Shown here: one piece after another, positions 47,881 through 57,814 of the stretch
How positions within the stretch are numbered: position 1 is the stretch's first letter
Layout: the number at the start of each line of letters is the position of its first letter
Source of the DNA: a virus
Length of the DNA: 64,000 nt
IMG/VR virus record: IMGVR_UViG_3300025683_000003
Strand: one strand, 5' to 3'
Translations under genes and position numbers: made by a program
Notes under the pieces: generated by a model
The model's input: only the letters and a program-made list of their open reading frames with translations
The model's database searches: none
Told to the model about the DNA's origin: nothing

Positions 47881-48486
47881 TTAATTTGTAACACTCTTAT
47901 TCTTTTTTGTCAACTTTTTAGTTTTTGGCTTAGATTTTTCTATAAGATATTCTCTATATTGCAATTCAAATTCTGAGAGGAGAATACTGATAGAAGTGGG
48001 ATTAAGGTCTTTGGCAGCCAAATTGTTTTGTTTTTTATACTCTGCAAATCTGTCACGAACAAAATTTTCATATGCAGACTTATGTGTATGACAACTCTTC
48101 TCGCCTTTTGGTAGATCTTTTATTTTGGTGGAGCACAACACTTGAAGGTTTTTTACATCACACCATATACGCTCTACAAGCGTATTGTAATCTGTCTCTT
48201 CTTCAGATTCCCACAGGTTAATAACTGGGTGAATGTGATCGACTTGCACATTCTTAGATTGAAACAGCTGCTTACATTGAGCACATCTATATCTGACTTG
48301 ATTTTTAGCACCTGGGGTGCCGTCTTTTTTAATAGCAGGGGGCAATTCAACCCTTGCTTCTTTCAAACAAAAAGACATTTCGCTGGATTGACGATAAACT
48401 CGTCTAATGGCCCCCTTGACCATCCGTTTCTTGACGATCTCAGGGGTTGGCAAAGTTTTAACTACTGGTTTCTTGGCTTTTGCCAT
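47881..48486 (-). CDS. HNH endonuclease
   Basis: CAQC...VDHIHPV...NLQVLC...CH..K. Confidence 0.8.
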   Translation of the reverse strand: MAKAKKPVVKTLPTPEIVKKRMVKGAIRRVYRQSSEMSFCLKEARVELPPAIKKDGTPGAKNQVRYRCAQCKQLFQSKNVQVDHIHPVINLWESEEETDYNTLVERIWCDVKNLQVLCSTKIKDLPKGEKSCHTHKSAYENFVRDRFAEYKKQNNLAAKDLNPTSISILLSEFELQYREYLIEKSKPKTKKLTKKNKSVTN

Positions 48487-48489
48487 AAA

Positions 48490-49157
48490 CTACAGCATTC
48501 CTCGTTCTTGCATTTTTAAGATAATATACTGTAAACGATTTTTCTTTTCTTTACGAGCATCGTTATATCCACCATTAAGGTCTTTTAATTGCTCTTTTAA
48601 GGAGTTTAGTGTTGGATCAGCAGCCTTAGCCGACTCAATCTCTTCAACTTCCTTAGAGAATTTAACGATCATCTCTTTAAGTTTTGCTAAATCAGCAACT
48701 TTAATCTCAGATACAAACATATCATCCAATTTCTTTTCTGCCTTCTTTAACTTCTCGTCTAATACTGCTGCGTCCATCTCGTTCTCCTTGTTTAATTGTT
48801 CAAATTTGTCCATAAAATATCCAAATTATAAATTTTATCATCTACACCAAAAACACACAAAGCGCAATCAATAATGACATAGTTGTATTTTTTTGACATA
48901 TTTTCCATGCTATTAACCAAAGTTTTATATCTAACCTTAGCTGGAGCAGTTGTTTCATCGTCAGCTAACTCTTTATATTTCAAAACTTCTGACTTATTTA
49001 AAAACACTCTTACAGTGTAGTTGGTTATATCAACTTTTTCAACAAAAATAGATGTACCAGCATCTACCTCTCTAGTCAAAAGATATAGCCAAGTATCTTC
49101 TTCGATAAGATCCCAAGCTTCTAATTGAGCTTTGTTTAATCTCAGATTTATTCCCAT
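48490..49157 (-). CDS. Two hypothetical ORFs (48490..48813 coiled coil; 48792..49157)
   Basis: Tight packing downstream of the SbcC-like gene. Confidence 0.55.
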
Positions 49158-51280
49158 TACGTCTCCACTCTAGCTATCTTATCTTTTTTACGTAAAGTAA
49201 TTCTGTCCTCAAATGAGGCGTTCAATTCTGATCCGTGGTCAATTACTATATAAGATTTATTATGAGACTTTTCTTTGTAGAAGTCAAGGATTGCTTCTTT
49301 GGTGTTAAGATCAATGAATCCCATCTGCTCATCTAATACCTTCCACCCAACAAAAAATCCCATCCTTCTCTCTAATACTGTATCTAATGCTTCATCTACA
49401 GCTGTCAGGATACTCATCTCTTCTCCACCAGATGTGGTTTTTATATTAATCTCTTCGCTACCTGAAAATAATGTGAAAGTTATGTTTTTGCTTACGTTTC
49501 CTGTGCTTTTGGTTGTCTTTTCTGGTAAAAAGAACAGGCTAAACTTTTGCGCATTAGGGAAGAGCTTTAAATTTTTATTAATTTCAGCATTTAAATCTTC
49601 CAAAATTTCATCAAACAGGTAGGCTATTGCCCCATCTTTGGAAACAGCATCCTTAGTGTGGATCTTTACCTCTAGGCTTCTACTTAAGCCTACAATTTCC
49701 TCTGATATTTTACTCGACTCTAACAATGCCGCTTCAAAATCTAATTTTGATTTATTAACTGTGCTTACGTGTTTTTCATACGTATATGTCAACTGTTGTT
49801 TTTCATTTTTTTTGTTTTTTATAGATTCATAAATGCTATTTTTTAAGTTGTCAATATCTCTTTGGGTCTGATTTACTATTGATGATATTTGATTTTTGAG
49901 AGAGTTGACTGATGATTGAGCTAGCAACTTCTCTAGCTCAATAGCCTTAATATCTTTCTTTTTATTAGCAACAGCTTCCTGTAGTTTTGCAGGTGAGTTT
50001 GCAGCAAGGAATTCTGCAATGGCCGTTTTTGCAGCTAAAACATCAGACTCAACACTTGATATTCTATTGTCTATATCCGAATTCGACTCACACTCTGCAA
50101 ATAAAGTATTTAAAAGTTCTTTTTTTACATCTAGCGTTTTATGTAGATTTGCAAGGTGTGTTTCTTGATCTTTTTCTGGTAGCTCTTGATTGCAATGCCC
50201 ACAAATCTTCTTATTTGGACTATTTAAGCTCTCTTCCAGCTTCTCAGCTTCGTCTAAAGTCACCTGCAATAAGCGTAGGTTATATTCATGTTTTTTTCGT
50301 AAGGATAACGCAGTATTTAAATCGTCTGTGGCACTTTTTACCGCCAAATTCAGGCTATCAGGAACTTTTCCTGCGTTCAGTATCTCTTTTTCAATAGCGT
50401 ATATTTCTTGATTTATGGCATCAATCTGAATTGCAGCTTCTACGTTTTTAGTTGTGGATATATTTAACGCTTTTTCATACTGTTTTTTTAAAGTCTGGTA
50501 CTCATTGTTTCCTGACAACATCATCTCTATATCTGTTAGGGCTATATTGTCACTCTCATATTCAAGAGATGCAATCTCTAGGTCTAACTTCTCATTTTTT
50601 GCAGCATATTCAGACAAAAATGCATTAAACTCTCGATCTTTTTCAACTAGAGCTTGTTCTAATTTAGGGATATTTGTATTATTTAAATATTCAAGTGTTG
50701 CAGTCTTTTTTATGGATGAGTCCTTAATTGTGCTGATCTCTTTTAATAGGGTGTCATAAACACCCTCAAATTTTGAATCATCAACAAAAGAACTGAGGAA
50801 TTCTTTCTTTTCTGCATCCGTCATTAGTAGGAATCTTGTTGGTGATTTCTGGTCCTTGTACGATAGCATAAGAATTTGGTTGGGAGTCATGCCAATCGTA
50901 GCAATTAATTTCTCCTGCACATCATCTACAGCACCTGTAACTGGGGTTTCGTCACCATAAACGAATGACAGTTCTCCACCCAGAACTCGTGTAACCTTTA
51001 AATCTATGTCGTTTAATTTGTAATACCCAACAGTTTTTACTGGGGATTTTAAGTGTCTATTTTTAAGATCTTTAGCTGATACACCTATGTATTTTGGTCC
51101 AAATAAATTAAGCGGGATAGAGATGGCTAGTGAAGATTTTCCAGTTGCATTACTTCCGCCATCATCCTCATTAATACCTATAACTCCGATGACAGTATTC
51201 TGAGGTATTGTTACTTCTTGGTCTACATCTAAATCTTTTAGTGCGGAAACTTCGATTTTTAATACCTCAATTTTACTCAT
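49157..51280 (-). CDS. sbcC: SbcC/Rad50/gp46-like ATPase
   Basis: GSNATGKSS Walker A; long coiled coil with a CGHC zinc hook; TSGGE signature; VLDE Walker B; IDH. Confidence 0.9.
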   Translation of the reverse strand: MSKIEVLKIEVSALKDLDVDQEVTIPQNTVIGVIGINEDDGGSNATGKSSLAISIPLNLFGPKYIGVSAKDLKNRHLKSPVKTVGYYKLNDIDLKVTRVLGGELSFVYGDETPVTGAVDDVQEKLIATIGMTPNQILMLSYKDQKSPTRFLLMTDAEKKEFLSSFVDDSKFEGVYDTLLKEISTIKDSSIKKTATLEYLNNTNIPKLEQALVEKDREFNAFLSEYAAKNEKLDLEIASLEYESDNIALTDIEMMLSGNNEYQTLKKQYEKALNISTTKNVEAAIQIDAINQEIYAIEKEILNAGKVPDSLNLAVKSATDDLNTALSLRKKHEYNLRLLQVTLDEAEKLEESLNSPNKKICGHCNQELPEKDQETHLANLHKTLDVKKELLNTLFAECESNSDIDNRISSVESDVLAAKTAIAEFLAANSPAKLQEAVANKKKDIKAIELEKLLAQSSVNSLKNQISSIVNQTQRDIDNLKNSIYESIKNKKNEKQQLTYTYEKHVSTVNKSKLDFEAALLESSKISEEIVGLSRSLEVKIHTKDAVSKDGAIAYLFDEILEDLNAEINKNLKLFPNAQKFSLFFLPEKTTKSTGNVSKNITFTLFSGSEEINIKTTSGGEEMSILTAVDEALDTVLERRMGFFVGWKVLDEQMGFIDLNTKEAILDFYKEKSHNKSYIVIDHGSELNASFEDRITLRKKDKIARVET

Positions 51281-51559
51281 TTAATCATCCTTTTTTAATA
51301 TCCTATCCCTAGTCTCCATCAGCTTTACATGCTGATCACCCTTTTCTTTAAATTTCTGTACAGCATCTTTTCGTAATTCAACAGATCTAGCCATACCGCC
51401 AGTATCTACGATTTCAATACTGCTAAATCCAAAGTCTGGGAGCTTTTTCTCTAAAACCCCACCGCACTCACAAGTTAAAAAGGGTGCCTGCTTATCAGCA
51501 GTTTGATACAACTTTTTAATCTCATTCGTACACAAATTACACTTATATAAAACTATCAT
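51281..51559 (-). CDS. FmdB-like zinc-ribbon protein
   Basis: YKCNLC...CECGG.LEK. Confidence 0.6.
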   Translation of the reverse strand: MIVLYKCNLCTNEIKKLYQTADKQAPFLTCECGGVLEKKLPDFGFSSIEIVDTGGMARSVELRKDAVQKFKEKGDQHVKLMETRDRILKKDD

Positions 51560-51568
51560 AACTGCATC

Positions 51569-51871
51569 CTAACTTAATGTCAACTCAGAATCTCGATCTG
51601 AGAATGACACTGTGATTTTAGATCCTTTATCGTCAGCATCAATCTTAAGGCGTCCATCTGTGGCTGCTTTCATTACAGCTGCTTTTAAAGATTTGGTATT
51701 CATTGGCTTTTTAGTCTGTTGGGCAATAATGCTAGATGTAAACTCATCAGCTTCTTTTTTACCCAAAACTAAAGCAGTAGGTAGACTCCCACTGCTTTTT
51801 AAAAATTGATTAATTTTAATGTCAATATTTCTTAAAATTTCCATACTCACTCCTAAAAAGGTACTTCCCAT
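51569..51871 (-). CDS. Hypothetical protein
   Basis: ~91-100 aa ORF between GroEL and the zinc-ribbon gene. Confidence 0.55.
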   Translation of the reverse strand: MGSTFLGVSMEILRNIDIKINQFLKSSGSLPTALVLGKKEADEFTSSIIAQQTKKPMNTKSLKAAVMKAATDGRLKIDADDKGSKITVSFSDRDSELTLS

Positions 51872-53658
51872 TTTTCTTTTTCTTGTTGTTTCAATGCTTC
51901 CTGAATAGCTTGTCTTTGCTCACTATTACTTTCAGCTACATTTCGGTCTAACTCGTTATCTCTCTTAAATACAACAATACCCGACAATCCCATAAGCATT
52001 TTAGCAACACTTAGACTGTTCTTGATAGCCATCAAAACCGCCTCTGCTGAATCAATAATACCCATTTCAACGGCTGGACCGTGTACATGATTTAATGAAT
52101 CATACGTAGTAAAGAATGGTTGATTTTCATCCATCATTTTTGAATAAACATCTCTCATTTCATCAGCATTAGCTCCACCATTACTTAAAATTCTATAGAA
52201 TGGCTCTAAATATGCCTTACCCATAATTTCTTTTACAGCCTCAGAGTAATTACCATTTCTGATAATTAAACTAAGAGTCAGTAATGTTTTAGCTCCACCA
52301 GGTAAAACTCCTTGACGAAGGGCACCCTTAATGGCACAAACTGCATCCTCAACTCTATGCTTCTTCTCTTTAAGTTCTGCCTCAGAAGATCCCATAACCT
52401 TAACACGAGCAATTCCACCAGTTAAGATGCCAAGACGCTCATTAGTTAACTCCTTGTCAAGAGAGCTTTCAGCATGCTTAAGTTGAATCTCAAGCTCTTC
52501 AGCACGAGAAATCACCATTAACTCATCTGGTCTACCGATAATCAAGCTTTTATATCGGTAAAATTCAAATTGTTGCATACTATCCAATCCAAGATCTTCA
52601 ATCTCACCATGCTCCAATGGGTTAGTCATAGGGTCAAAAACCTTAGCTCCTGTGTATGCAGCTAAGTCTAAAAGGAAGTGATATTGCCCATTAGCTTGGT
52701 AGCTTAGTGGGGTTTTGAGTGGTACTAGGTTTAATGTTTCGGGGTTTTTAAAGTTATTAGCAAACCAGGCCAAAACAGTTTCTGAAAAGTGGTGAGCAAC
52801 CACTACGATGTTTGGGCTTTGAGGCGTTGCACTGTCAGCATCGTCTCCGTCTAACCCTGTAGCTCTAACAATTTTTTGCAAAATTGGAATAAGAGCTGAC
52901 GATTCATTAAGTTTACCATTATATAAAATAAAGCGTGGCTTATCTAGGACAGTTCTGTAATTTCCCTTATCATTGATGAATTCTTCCAAGAATCGACCAC
53001 ACGAATCTTCAAACCCTCTGGCAATAGGGAATCCCTCAATTTTCTCTACGTCAAACCCAGACGATCCTGGAGTCTCTGCAATGGTAATATTTCCGTTGTG
53101 TCCAACCAGATTAAATGCATCTAATACTGCACTGGACATTTCTTCGTCATTATTTGTAGAAATTAATGCAACTTTTTTTAATAGATCTTTATCATTCTCA
53201 TTGTTAATCTTAATAGCTTGTTGCTGAATCAAAGGTACTACTAAGTTTTTATATACAGCTTCTAATTCGCGCATAACTTTTTGTGTAGATAGTTTTGGGT
53301 TCTTTTCTAAATATTCAAACCCTAAACGAATTAAAGCCTCTGCAAGAATGGTTGCAGTTGTTGTCCCATCACCAGCCTCAGAATTGGTTTTAGACGAAGC
53401 ATCGCGAGCAGCTTCTAAAATTGCTTGTGCAGTTGGGTCAGAGAATGCCATTGAATTAAATACAGAGATACCATCCTTTGTAGTGTATGGAGGTAGGTCT
53501 TCTTGTCTTTCAATTAAGACAACTTTACCATTTGGCCCTAAAGTTGAACCAACAAGATCTGATGCTTGTCTTACTGTGTCAAGAACCTTCTCTTTTAAGC
53601 CTTTATGCTCAAAAGTTATTGTTTTTGCTGCTGTTTTAGCTTTTGCCATCTCTCTCAT
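51853..53658 (-). CDS. groEL: Group I chaperonin GroEL-like protein
   Basis: TLGPNG, TKDG, AGDGTTTATILA, EKKHRVEDAVCA, GVLPGG, GIID; no GGM tail; ATG at 53658 has an AGGAG SD. Confidence 0.93.
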   Translation of the reverse strand: MREMAKAKTAAKTITFEHKGLKEKVLDTVRQASDLVGSTLGPNGKVVLIERQEDLPPYTTKDGISVFNSMAFSDPTAQAILEAARDASSKTNSEAGDGTTTATILAEALIRLGFEYLEKNPKLSTQKVMRELEAVYKNLVVPLIQQQAIKINNENDKDLLKKVALISTNNDEEMSSAVLDAFNLVGHNGNITIAETPGSSGFDVEKIEGFPIARGFEDSCGRFLEEFINDKGNYRTVLDKPRFILYNGKLNESSALIPILQKIVRATGLDGDDADSATPQSPNIVVVAHHFSETVLAWFANNFKNPETLNLVPLKTPLSYQANGQYHFLLDLAAYTGAKVFDPMTNPLEHGEIEDLGLDSMQQFEFYRYKSLIIGRPDELMVISRAEELEIQLKHAESSLDKELTNERLGILTGGIARVKVMGSSEAELKEKKHRVEDAVCAIKGALRQGVLPGGAKTLLTLSLIIRNGNYSEAVKEIMGKAYLEPFYRILSNGGANADEMRDVYSKMMDENQPFFTTYDSLNHVHGPAVEMGIIDSAEAVLMAIKNSLSVAKMLMGLSGIVVFKRDNELDRNVAESNSEQRQAIQEALKQQEKEKWEVPF

Positions 53659-53717
53659 GTACAAAACTCCTACATTAACGGTTAATCTAATTACAAGTAT
53701 TACTAAGGGTTATGTTA

Positions 53718-53746
53718 AATATACGCATCATAATGATATATGTCAA
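53718..53746 (-). promoter_or_regulatory. Sigma70-type promoter for the leftward block
   Basis: TTGACA-17 nt-TATATT, pointing at groEL. Confidence 0.7.
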
Positions 53747-53805
53747 GAATTTAATCGTTTTAGTGTTTATTTAACCCAGAAGCCATGGCCAATCTTTCAG
53801 CGACT

Positions 53806-53831
53806 AATATTGTTTGGACGAATATTGTTTG
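53806..53831. repeat. Two 11-bp direct repeats AATATTGTTTG
   Basis: Copies at 53806-53816 and 53821-53831, inside the inverted-repeat spacer. Confidence 0.6.
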
Positions 53832-53978
53832 CAAAATATACTCATTTTTATGTTAAAAACTATAAATAGCACCAACTTCTAAGACTAACCCTTAGTAATA
53901 CTTGTAATTGAAGATATAGTATGTCATATTGATACAGTACCTATGGGTTAAATAAACAATAAGAAGGATAGAAGTTTA

Positions 53979-55325
53979 ATGTCTAGTCTGGCTAAAAGAA
54001 TTACAGTCATATATCAAGAACTATTTGGTGACAGTGTATCATTTAGACTTAGTTCTGTTGAAAAAAAGGTATATTCTACGTTTATTCAAGAGTTTAAGGG
54101 TGATGGTAGTAAGTTTATTTATCAAAAAGAGAATAGATGGCGTATAGTTTGGTCAGTTTTAGGTGAAATGGCATCAGAAGCTCAATTGATTGACGAAGAT
54201 ATCTTAACACTAATGTCATTTAGTAAGCAAAAGAAAACTATTAATGTGCATGCAGATGTATTTTTTTGCTATTTAGTTTGCATGAAGAGAGAGTTGGGAC
54301 ATGAGGTTGAAGGACTACCAAATTGGCTAATAAAAGAGAATGTAAAAAGATTTTATGGTGAAGTTAAGCATTGCACAACTAAGCCGGAAGCCATCAAATC
54401 AATCCTAAAGGGTAGAAAGAAAGCACTTCCTTTAGTTAAAAATCAAGCCGATGCTATTAAAATGGTAAAAGGCAAGCTAGAAATGTCTAAAATCATAGAT
54501 TTGTGTAAGCAAAATAACCCTGGAAAAGTTGATAAAAAATATTACACAGAAGAATACATGAAAGATTTAGCTCAAGATCTTTACGATGTTGTCGGATCTC
54601 AACTTTCAATGAATAAAAAATTAAGTTATCACGAAACTAACGCTCTTGTAAAAAAGTATAGAATTTCTCGCAAAAAAAGCTTAAAGTATATTGCCTACTG
54701 GTATTTAATGTCAGGAATTCAGTCATATCATGGCAGAGAAATTCAGATTTGTACTAAAAAAGAAAAGGCATATTTTGGCTATGCTTATAAATTATTTCGT
54801 GATGCCTTAGTTGCAATGAAGAAAATTCAATGTGTTGATGCAACATTTTGTCCAGGAATTAGATCAAGAACTTTTAAGACTGAAATATTTAAGCCAAAAT
54901 CTTTAAAGTTTAGTAAAGATAATAGTTTAAGTGTTACCAAATTTGAAGATTTTATGCTACACTCTAAGAAAGAAGACTTAAAACCTTTCCAATTGCAGTA
55001 TTTGAAAGAAAGATTTGCGGCTATTCATCATACGATAGAATATAAAAAGCAAATAAAGAAGATAAGTTACATTAAGTTTAAGGCATGGGGACTAAAAAAG
55101 ACAGCTAAAGATTTTGCAGAAGATCATCCAATGAATGTAGAAGCTGAAAGAATGCTACGTTTGTATGAGCAAAGAATTTGGGGGGTTGCAAGAATGTCCA
55201 CATACGAGCCGAAGTTCTTGCGGAAGTATAGTGAGCCTAAATCATTTGACTTTGATATTATAAATGGAATTGCGCCAAAGCCAGAATATGCATTAGTTGG
55301 AAGAAAATTAGTAGTAGTCGCTTAA
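53979..55325 (+). CDS. Basic hypothetical protein, possibly DNA-binding
   Basis: 448 aa, Lys-rich; LVAMKKIQCVDATFCPGIRSRTF resembles a winged-helix wing. Confidence 0.6.
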   Translation: MSSLAKRITVIYQELFGDSVSFRLSSVEKKVYSTFIQEFKGDGSKFIYQKENRWRIVWSVLGEMASEAQLIDEDILTLMSFSKQKKTINVHADVFFCYLVCMKRELGHEVEGLPNWLIKENVKRFYGEVKHCTTKPEAIKSILKGRKKALPLVKNQADAIKMVKGKLEMSKIIDLCKQNNPGKVDKKYYTEEYMKDLAQDLYDVVGSQLSMNKKLSYHETNALVKKYRISRKKSLKYIAYWYLMSGIQSYHGREIQICTKKEKAYFGYAYKLFRDALVAMKKIQCVDATFCPGIRSRTFKTEIFKPKSLKFSKDNSLSVTKFEDFMLHSKKEDLKPFQLQYLKERFAAIHHTIEYKKQIKKISYIKFKAWGLKKTAKDFAEDHPMNVEAERMLRLYEQRIWGVARMSTYEPKFLRKYSEPKSFDFDIINGIAPKPEYALVGRKLVVVA

Positions 55326-55337
55326 TTGGAGAGAAAA

Positions 55338-56780
55338 ATGTTATTAGTTAAACAAGAGCCTACAAAATTAAGAATCGTAGATTTTTCAGATTCAGATATT
55401 GAAAAATTAAGAAAAGCTTTGACATTTAAAAAGAAAGAAATTGTCTATCAAATTCAACAGCTAAAAAAGACTAGATATTTTCAAGTATCTCGTTATGGTG
55501 AAGAAGCTTTTCAAAATATGTTAGATAAATTAAATAAAGATATTAATGGGTGCCTTTTGTATGAAGATGATAAAGGCTACTATACCCTGACAGGACTGCA
55601 AAACCGCTTAGAAAATTTGTTTCCAGCTGCACGATTCGTTGATAATGTAGAATATCCAGAATTTAAATTAATTCCATGGCAAAAAATGCCAGACAAAGAG
55701 CCTAGGTACTATCAAGCAGAGGCTATTGAAAAGCTTTTAGATAATCCATTAAGCCATATTGAATTTGCAACAGGTGCAGGGAAAAGTCTCATTATTTTGC
55801 ATCTAGTTAAAAAAACAGGATTGCCATCAGTAGTAGTAACACCATCAGCGTCTATTGGCCGTCAATTATATAATGAAGCAATTGAACTGTTTGGCAAAAA
55901 GAATGTTGGGCTATTTGGAGATGGAAAAAAAGAGATTGGCAAGAAAATCCTTATCTCTATTGCTAAGTCTGTGGCCATGGTTGAAGAGCCAGAAATATTA
56001 GAACAATTTAAAATGTACAAAGTTTGTATCACAGATGAGTCGCATCAAGTTCCAAGCGAGCTGCTGTCCAAATCAGCCCTTAATACGTTGGCACACTGCC
56101 CTTACAGATGGTTTGTGTCTGCAACACAAGAAAGAAATGATGGACGAGACATTATGCTTGAGGGGATTATTGGTCCTAAGGTTCACGAAAAAACCATCAA
56201 CGATCTTCAAAATGAGGGATTCCTCGCTAGAATTGAAACTATGGTTGTAAATGTAACCTCAAAGGATAAGTATTCTGGATCAAATACTCTAAAAAATAAC
56301 CAGCACCATTTCCTTTACAACAAGAATATCCTATCGGCTATAACAATGTTTATACAAGAAGCTATCTCCTCACAAATTCCCACCCTAATCCTTATTGATG
56401 AAAAAGATCAAGAATTGGCAATCAGAAATGCTGTAGGTAATGTTTATGAATTTGCTCATGGCGGATCAGACACTACAGCCATTGTAGATAGATTTAATAG
56501 TGGAGAGACTCTAATTGTCGTAGGAACCTCTGCCGTATCGGTTGGTACGGACTTTAGACCAGTAAGGCTTACAATTAACTGGATGGCCAACAGAAGCTCT
56601 GTAAAGGTCAAGCAGGGGGCTATAGGAAGATCGACTAGAATTTGTACACGAACTGGCAAAAAAGACTGTAAAATCATTGACTTTTGCGTAGAAAACGTAG
56701 ATATTCTAAAGAGGCATGTAAATGATAGGATAAAGCTCTACAAGGAAGTAGGGCCAGTATCTTTCATGGATTGGGAATAA
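55338..56780 (+). CDS. Superfamily 2 helicase (UvsW-like)
   Basis: RYYQ..A, ATGAGKS, TDESH, SAT, QGAIGR; ATG at 55338 after GGAGAG. Confidence 0.88.
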   Translation: MLLVKQEPTKLRIVDFSDSDIEKLRKALTFKKKEIVYQIQQLKKTRYFQVSRYGEEAFQNMLDKLNKDINGCLLYEDDKGYYTLTGLQNRLENLFPAARFVDNVEYPEFKLIPWQKMPDKEPRYYQAEAIEKLLDNPLSHIEFATGAGKSLIILHLVKKTGLPSVVVTPSASIGRQLYNEAIELFGKKNVGLFGDGKKEIGKKILISIAKSVAMVEEPEILEQFKMYKVCITDESHQVPSELLSKSALNTLAHCPYRWFVSATQERNDGRDIMLEGIIGPKVHEKTINDLQNEGFLARIETMVVNVTSKDKYSGSNTLKNNQHHFLYNKNILSAITMFIQEAISSQIPTLILIDEKDQELAIRNAVGNVYEFAHGGSDTTAIVDRFNSGETLIVVGTSAVSVGTDFRPVRLTINWMANRSSVKVKQGAIGRSTRICTRTGKKDCKIIDFCVENVDILKRHVNDRIKLYKEVGPVSFMDWE

Positions 56781-57814
56781 TGACGTCAAGAATCATAAAA
56801 TCTTACCTAAAGGACCTCAATACGTCTTTAAACGAAAAAGAAGACGTAGAGGTCTCCACTTTATTTAAACTCTTGTTTCAAAAAGAGAGAATATTTGCCT
56901 CCCACCTCCAATCTACTGGGAATGGTAAAAAAGTTTATATGAAATTTATTCAAAGAACAGCAGACTCTGATGGTGGAATTAAAACCGCCAGATCTTATTT
57001 TAGAGCAAGACAAGATTCATTCCTTAATACGGTCAACAAAGCAATCAGAGATGTAGAACCTAAAGGAATGTATGACGTACCTATCAACTTTAAGTTTTGC
57101 AAATTTGCCGTAGACAATCTACCAAAGCCAGATCAAAAGATTTTTAATTTATATAACGATATAAAAACAATTAGAGAAGATATCATCACTAGATATATGC
57201 ACCTATCTCTACACAGAGCTAAATTGTTTACAACAAACACAACCAACAAAATGGGAAACCTTACTTTTGAAGACTTTATCCAGGCTGCAAACATTGGCCT
57301 AGTTGATGCAGTAGATAAATATGTAATGGAAAATGAAAATGAAGATATTAAGCAGTTTCATTTCATGCTTATTGGTAGGATTTCATCTAGCTTGATTAAT
57401 GAGTTCAATGATGCAAGCACAGACGTATCTGTCGGAGAACAAGCCCAAAAAAGATTGTATCAAATTCGCAGATGGCTAGAGAAGAATGCTACGTCTGCAT
57501 CAAAAGCTGATATATCAAAAATGTCTAAAGATCTTGAAATTCAAAAGGAAGAGATTGTTGATTTATTAAACGCAACAGTATCTAGTAATATATCACTAGA
57601 CTCCGCAACTGGCAACAACACAGATGGACAGACTACACTTCATGTAGATTATTTCAACCCAGAAGATCACGATTATACAAGAAAAAATAATCAAGAAGAT
57701 GTTGCCATTCAAAATAATATGGATAGAGCATTGCGTAAGGTTTTAAACGAACTTTCCACATTAGAAAAGAAGATTTTAATACTAAAAGGAGTAAAAATAA
57801 ATGAAAACTACTAA
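56771..57814 (+). CDS. Sigma70-family sigma factor (probable middle/late sigma)
   Basis: Region 2 EDFIQAANIGLVDAVDKY; region 3 ISLD; region 4 LNELSTLEKKIL (truncated HTH). Confidence 0.75.
   Translation: MGIMTSRIIKSYLKDLNTSLNEKEDVEVSTLFKLLFQKERIFASHLQSTGNGKKVYMKFIQRTADSDGGIKTARSYFRARQDSFLNTVNKAIRDVEPKGMYDVPINFKFCKFAVDNLPKPDQKIFNLYNDIKTIREDIITRYMHLSLHRAKLFTTNTTNKMGNLTFEDFIQAANIGLVDAVDKYVMENENEDIKQFHFMLIGRISSSLINEFNDASTDVSVGEQAQKRLYQIRRWLEKNATSASKADISKMSKDLEIQKEEIVDLLNATVSSNISLDSATGNNTDGQTTLHVDYFNPEDHDYTRKNNQEDVAIQNNMDRALRKVLNELSTLEKKILILKGVKINENY

Larger units (their letters stand above)
53689..53909. repeat. Perfect 24-bp inverted repeat (arms 53689-53712 and 53886-53909) around a 173-bp spacer
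   Basis: AATTACAAGTATTACTAAGGGTTA and its exact reverse complement TAACCCTTAGTAATACTTGTAATT. Confidence 0.9.

Noticed and set aside
2109-53227. Numerous plus-strand track ORFs within the minus-strand block (e.g. 5255..5638, 13680..14111, 39524..39997, 49987..50397)
   Set aside because: They are antisense shadows of well-supported genes, lack RBSs, and show the Phe/Leu/Ser/Ile-rich composition typical of reverse frames.
53861-53868. TATAAATA, identical to the T4 late promoter consensus
   Set aside because: A single copy in very AT-rich DNA; not seen upstream of terS or the 63288 gene, and the phage encodes its own sigma70-type factors.
53348-53869. 173-aa plus-strand ORF crossing the inverted repeat
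   Set aside because: It is mostly antisense to groEL, has no RBS, and its tail is low-information AT-rich sequence.
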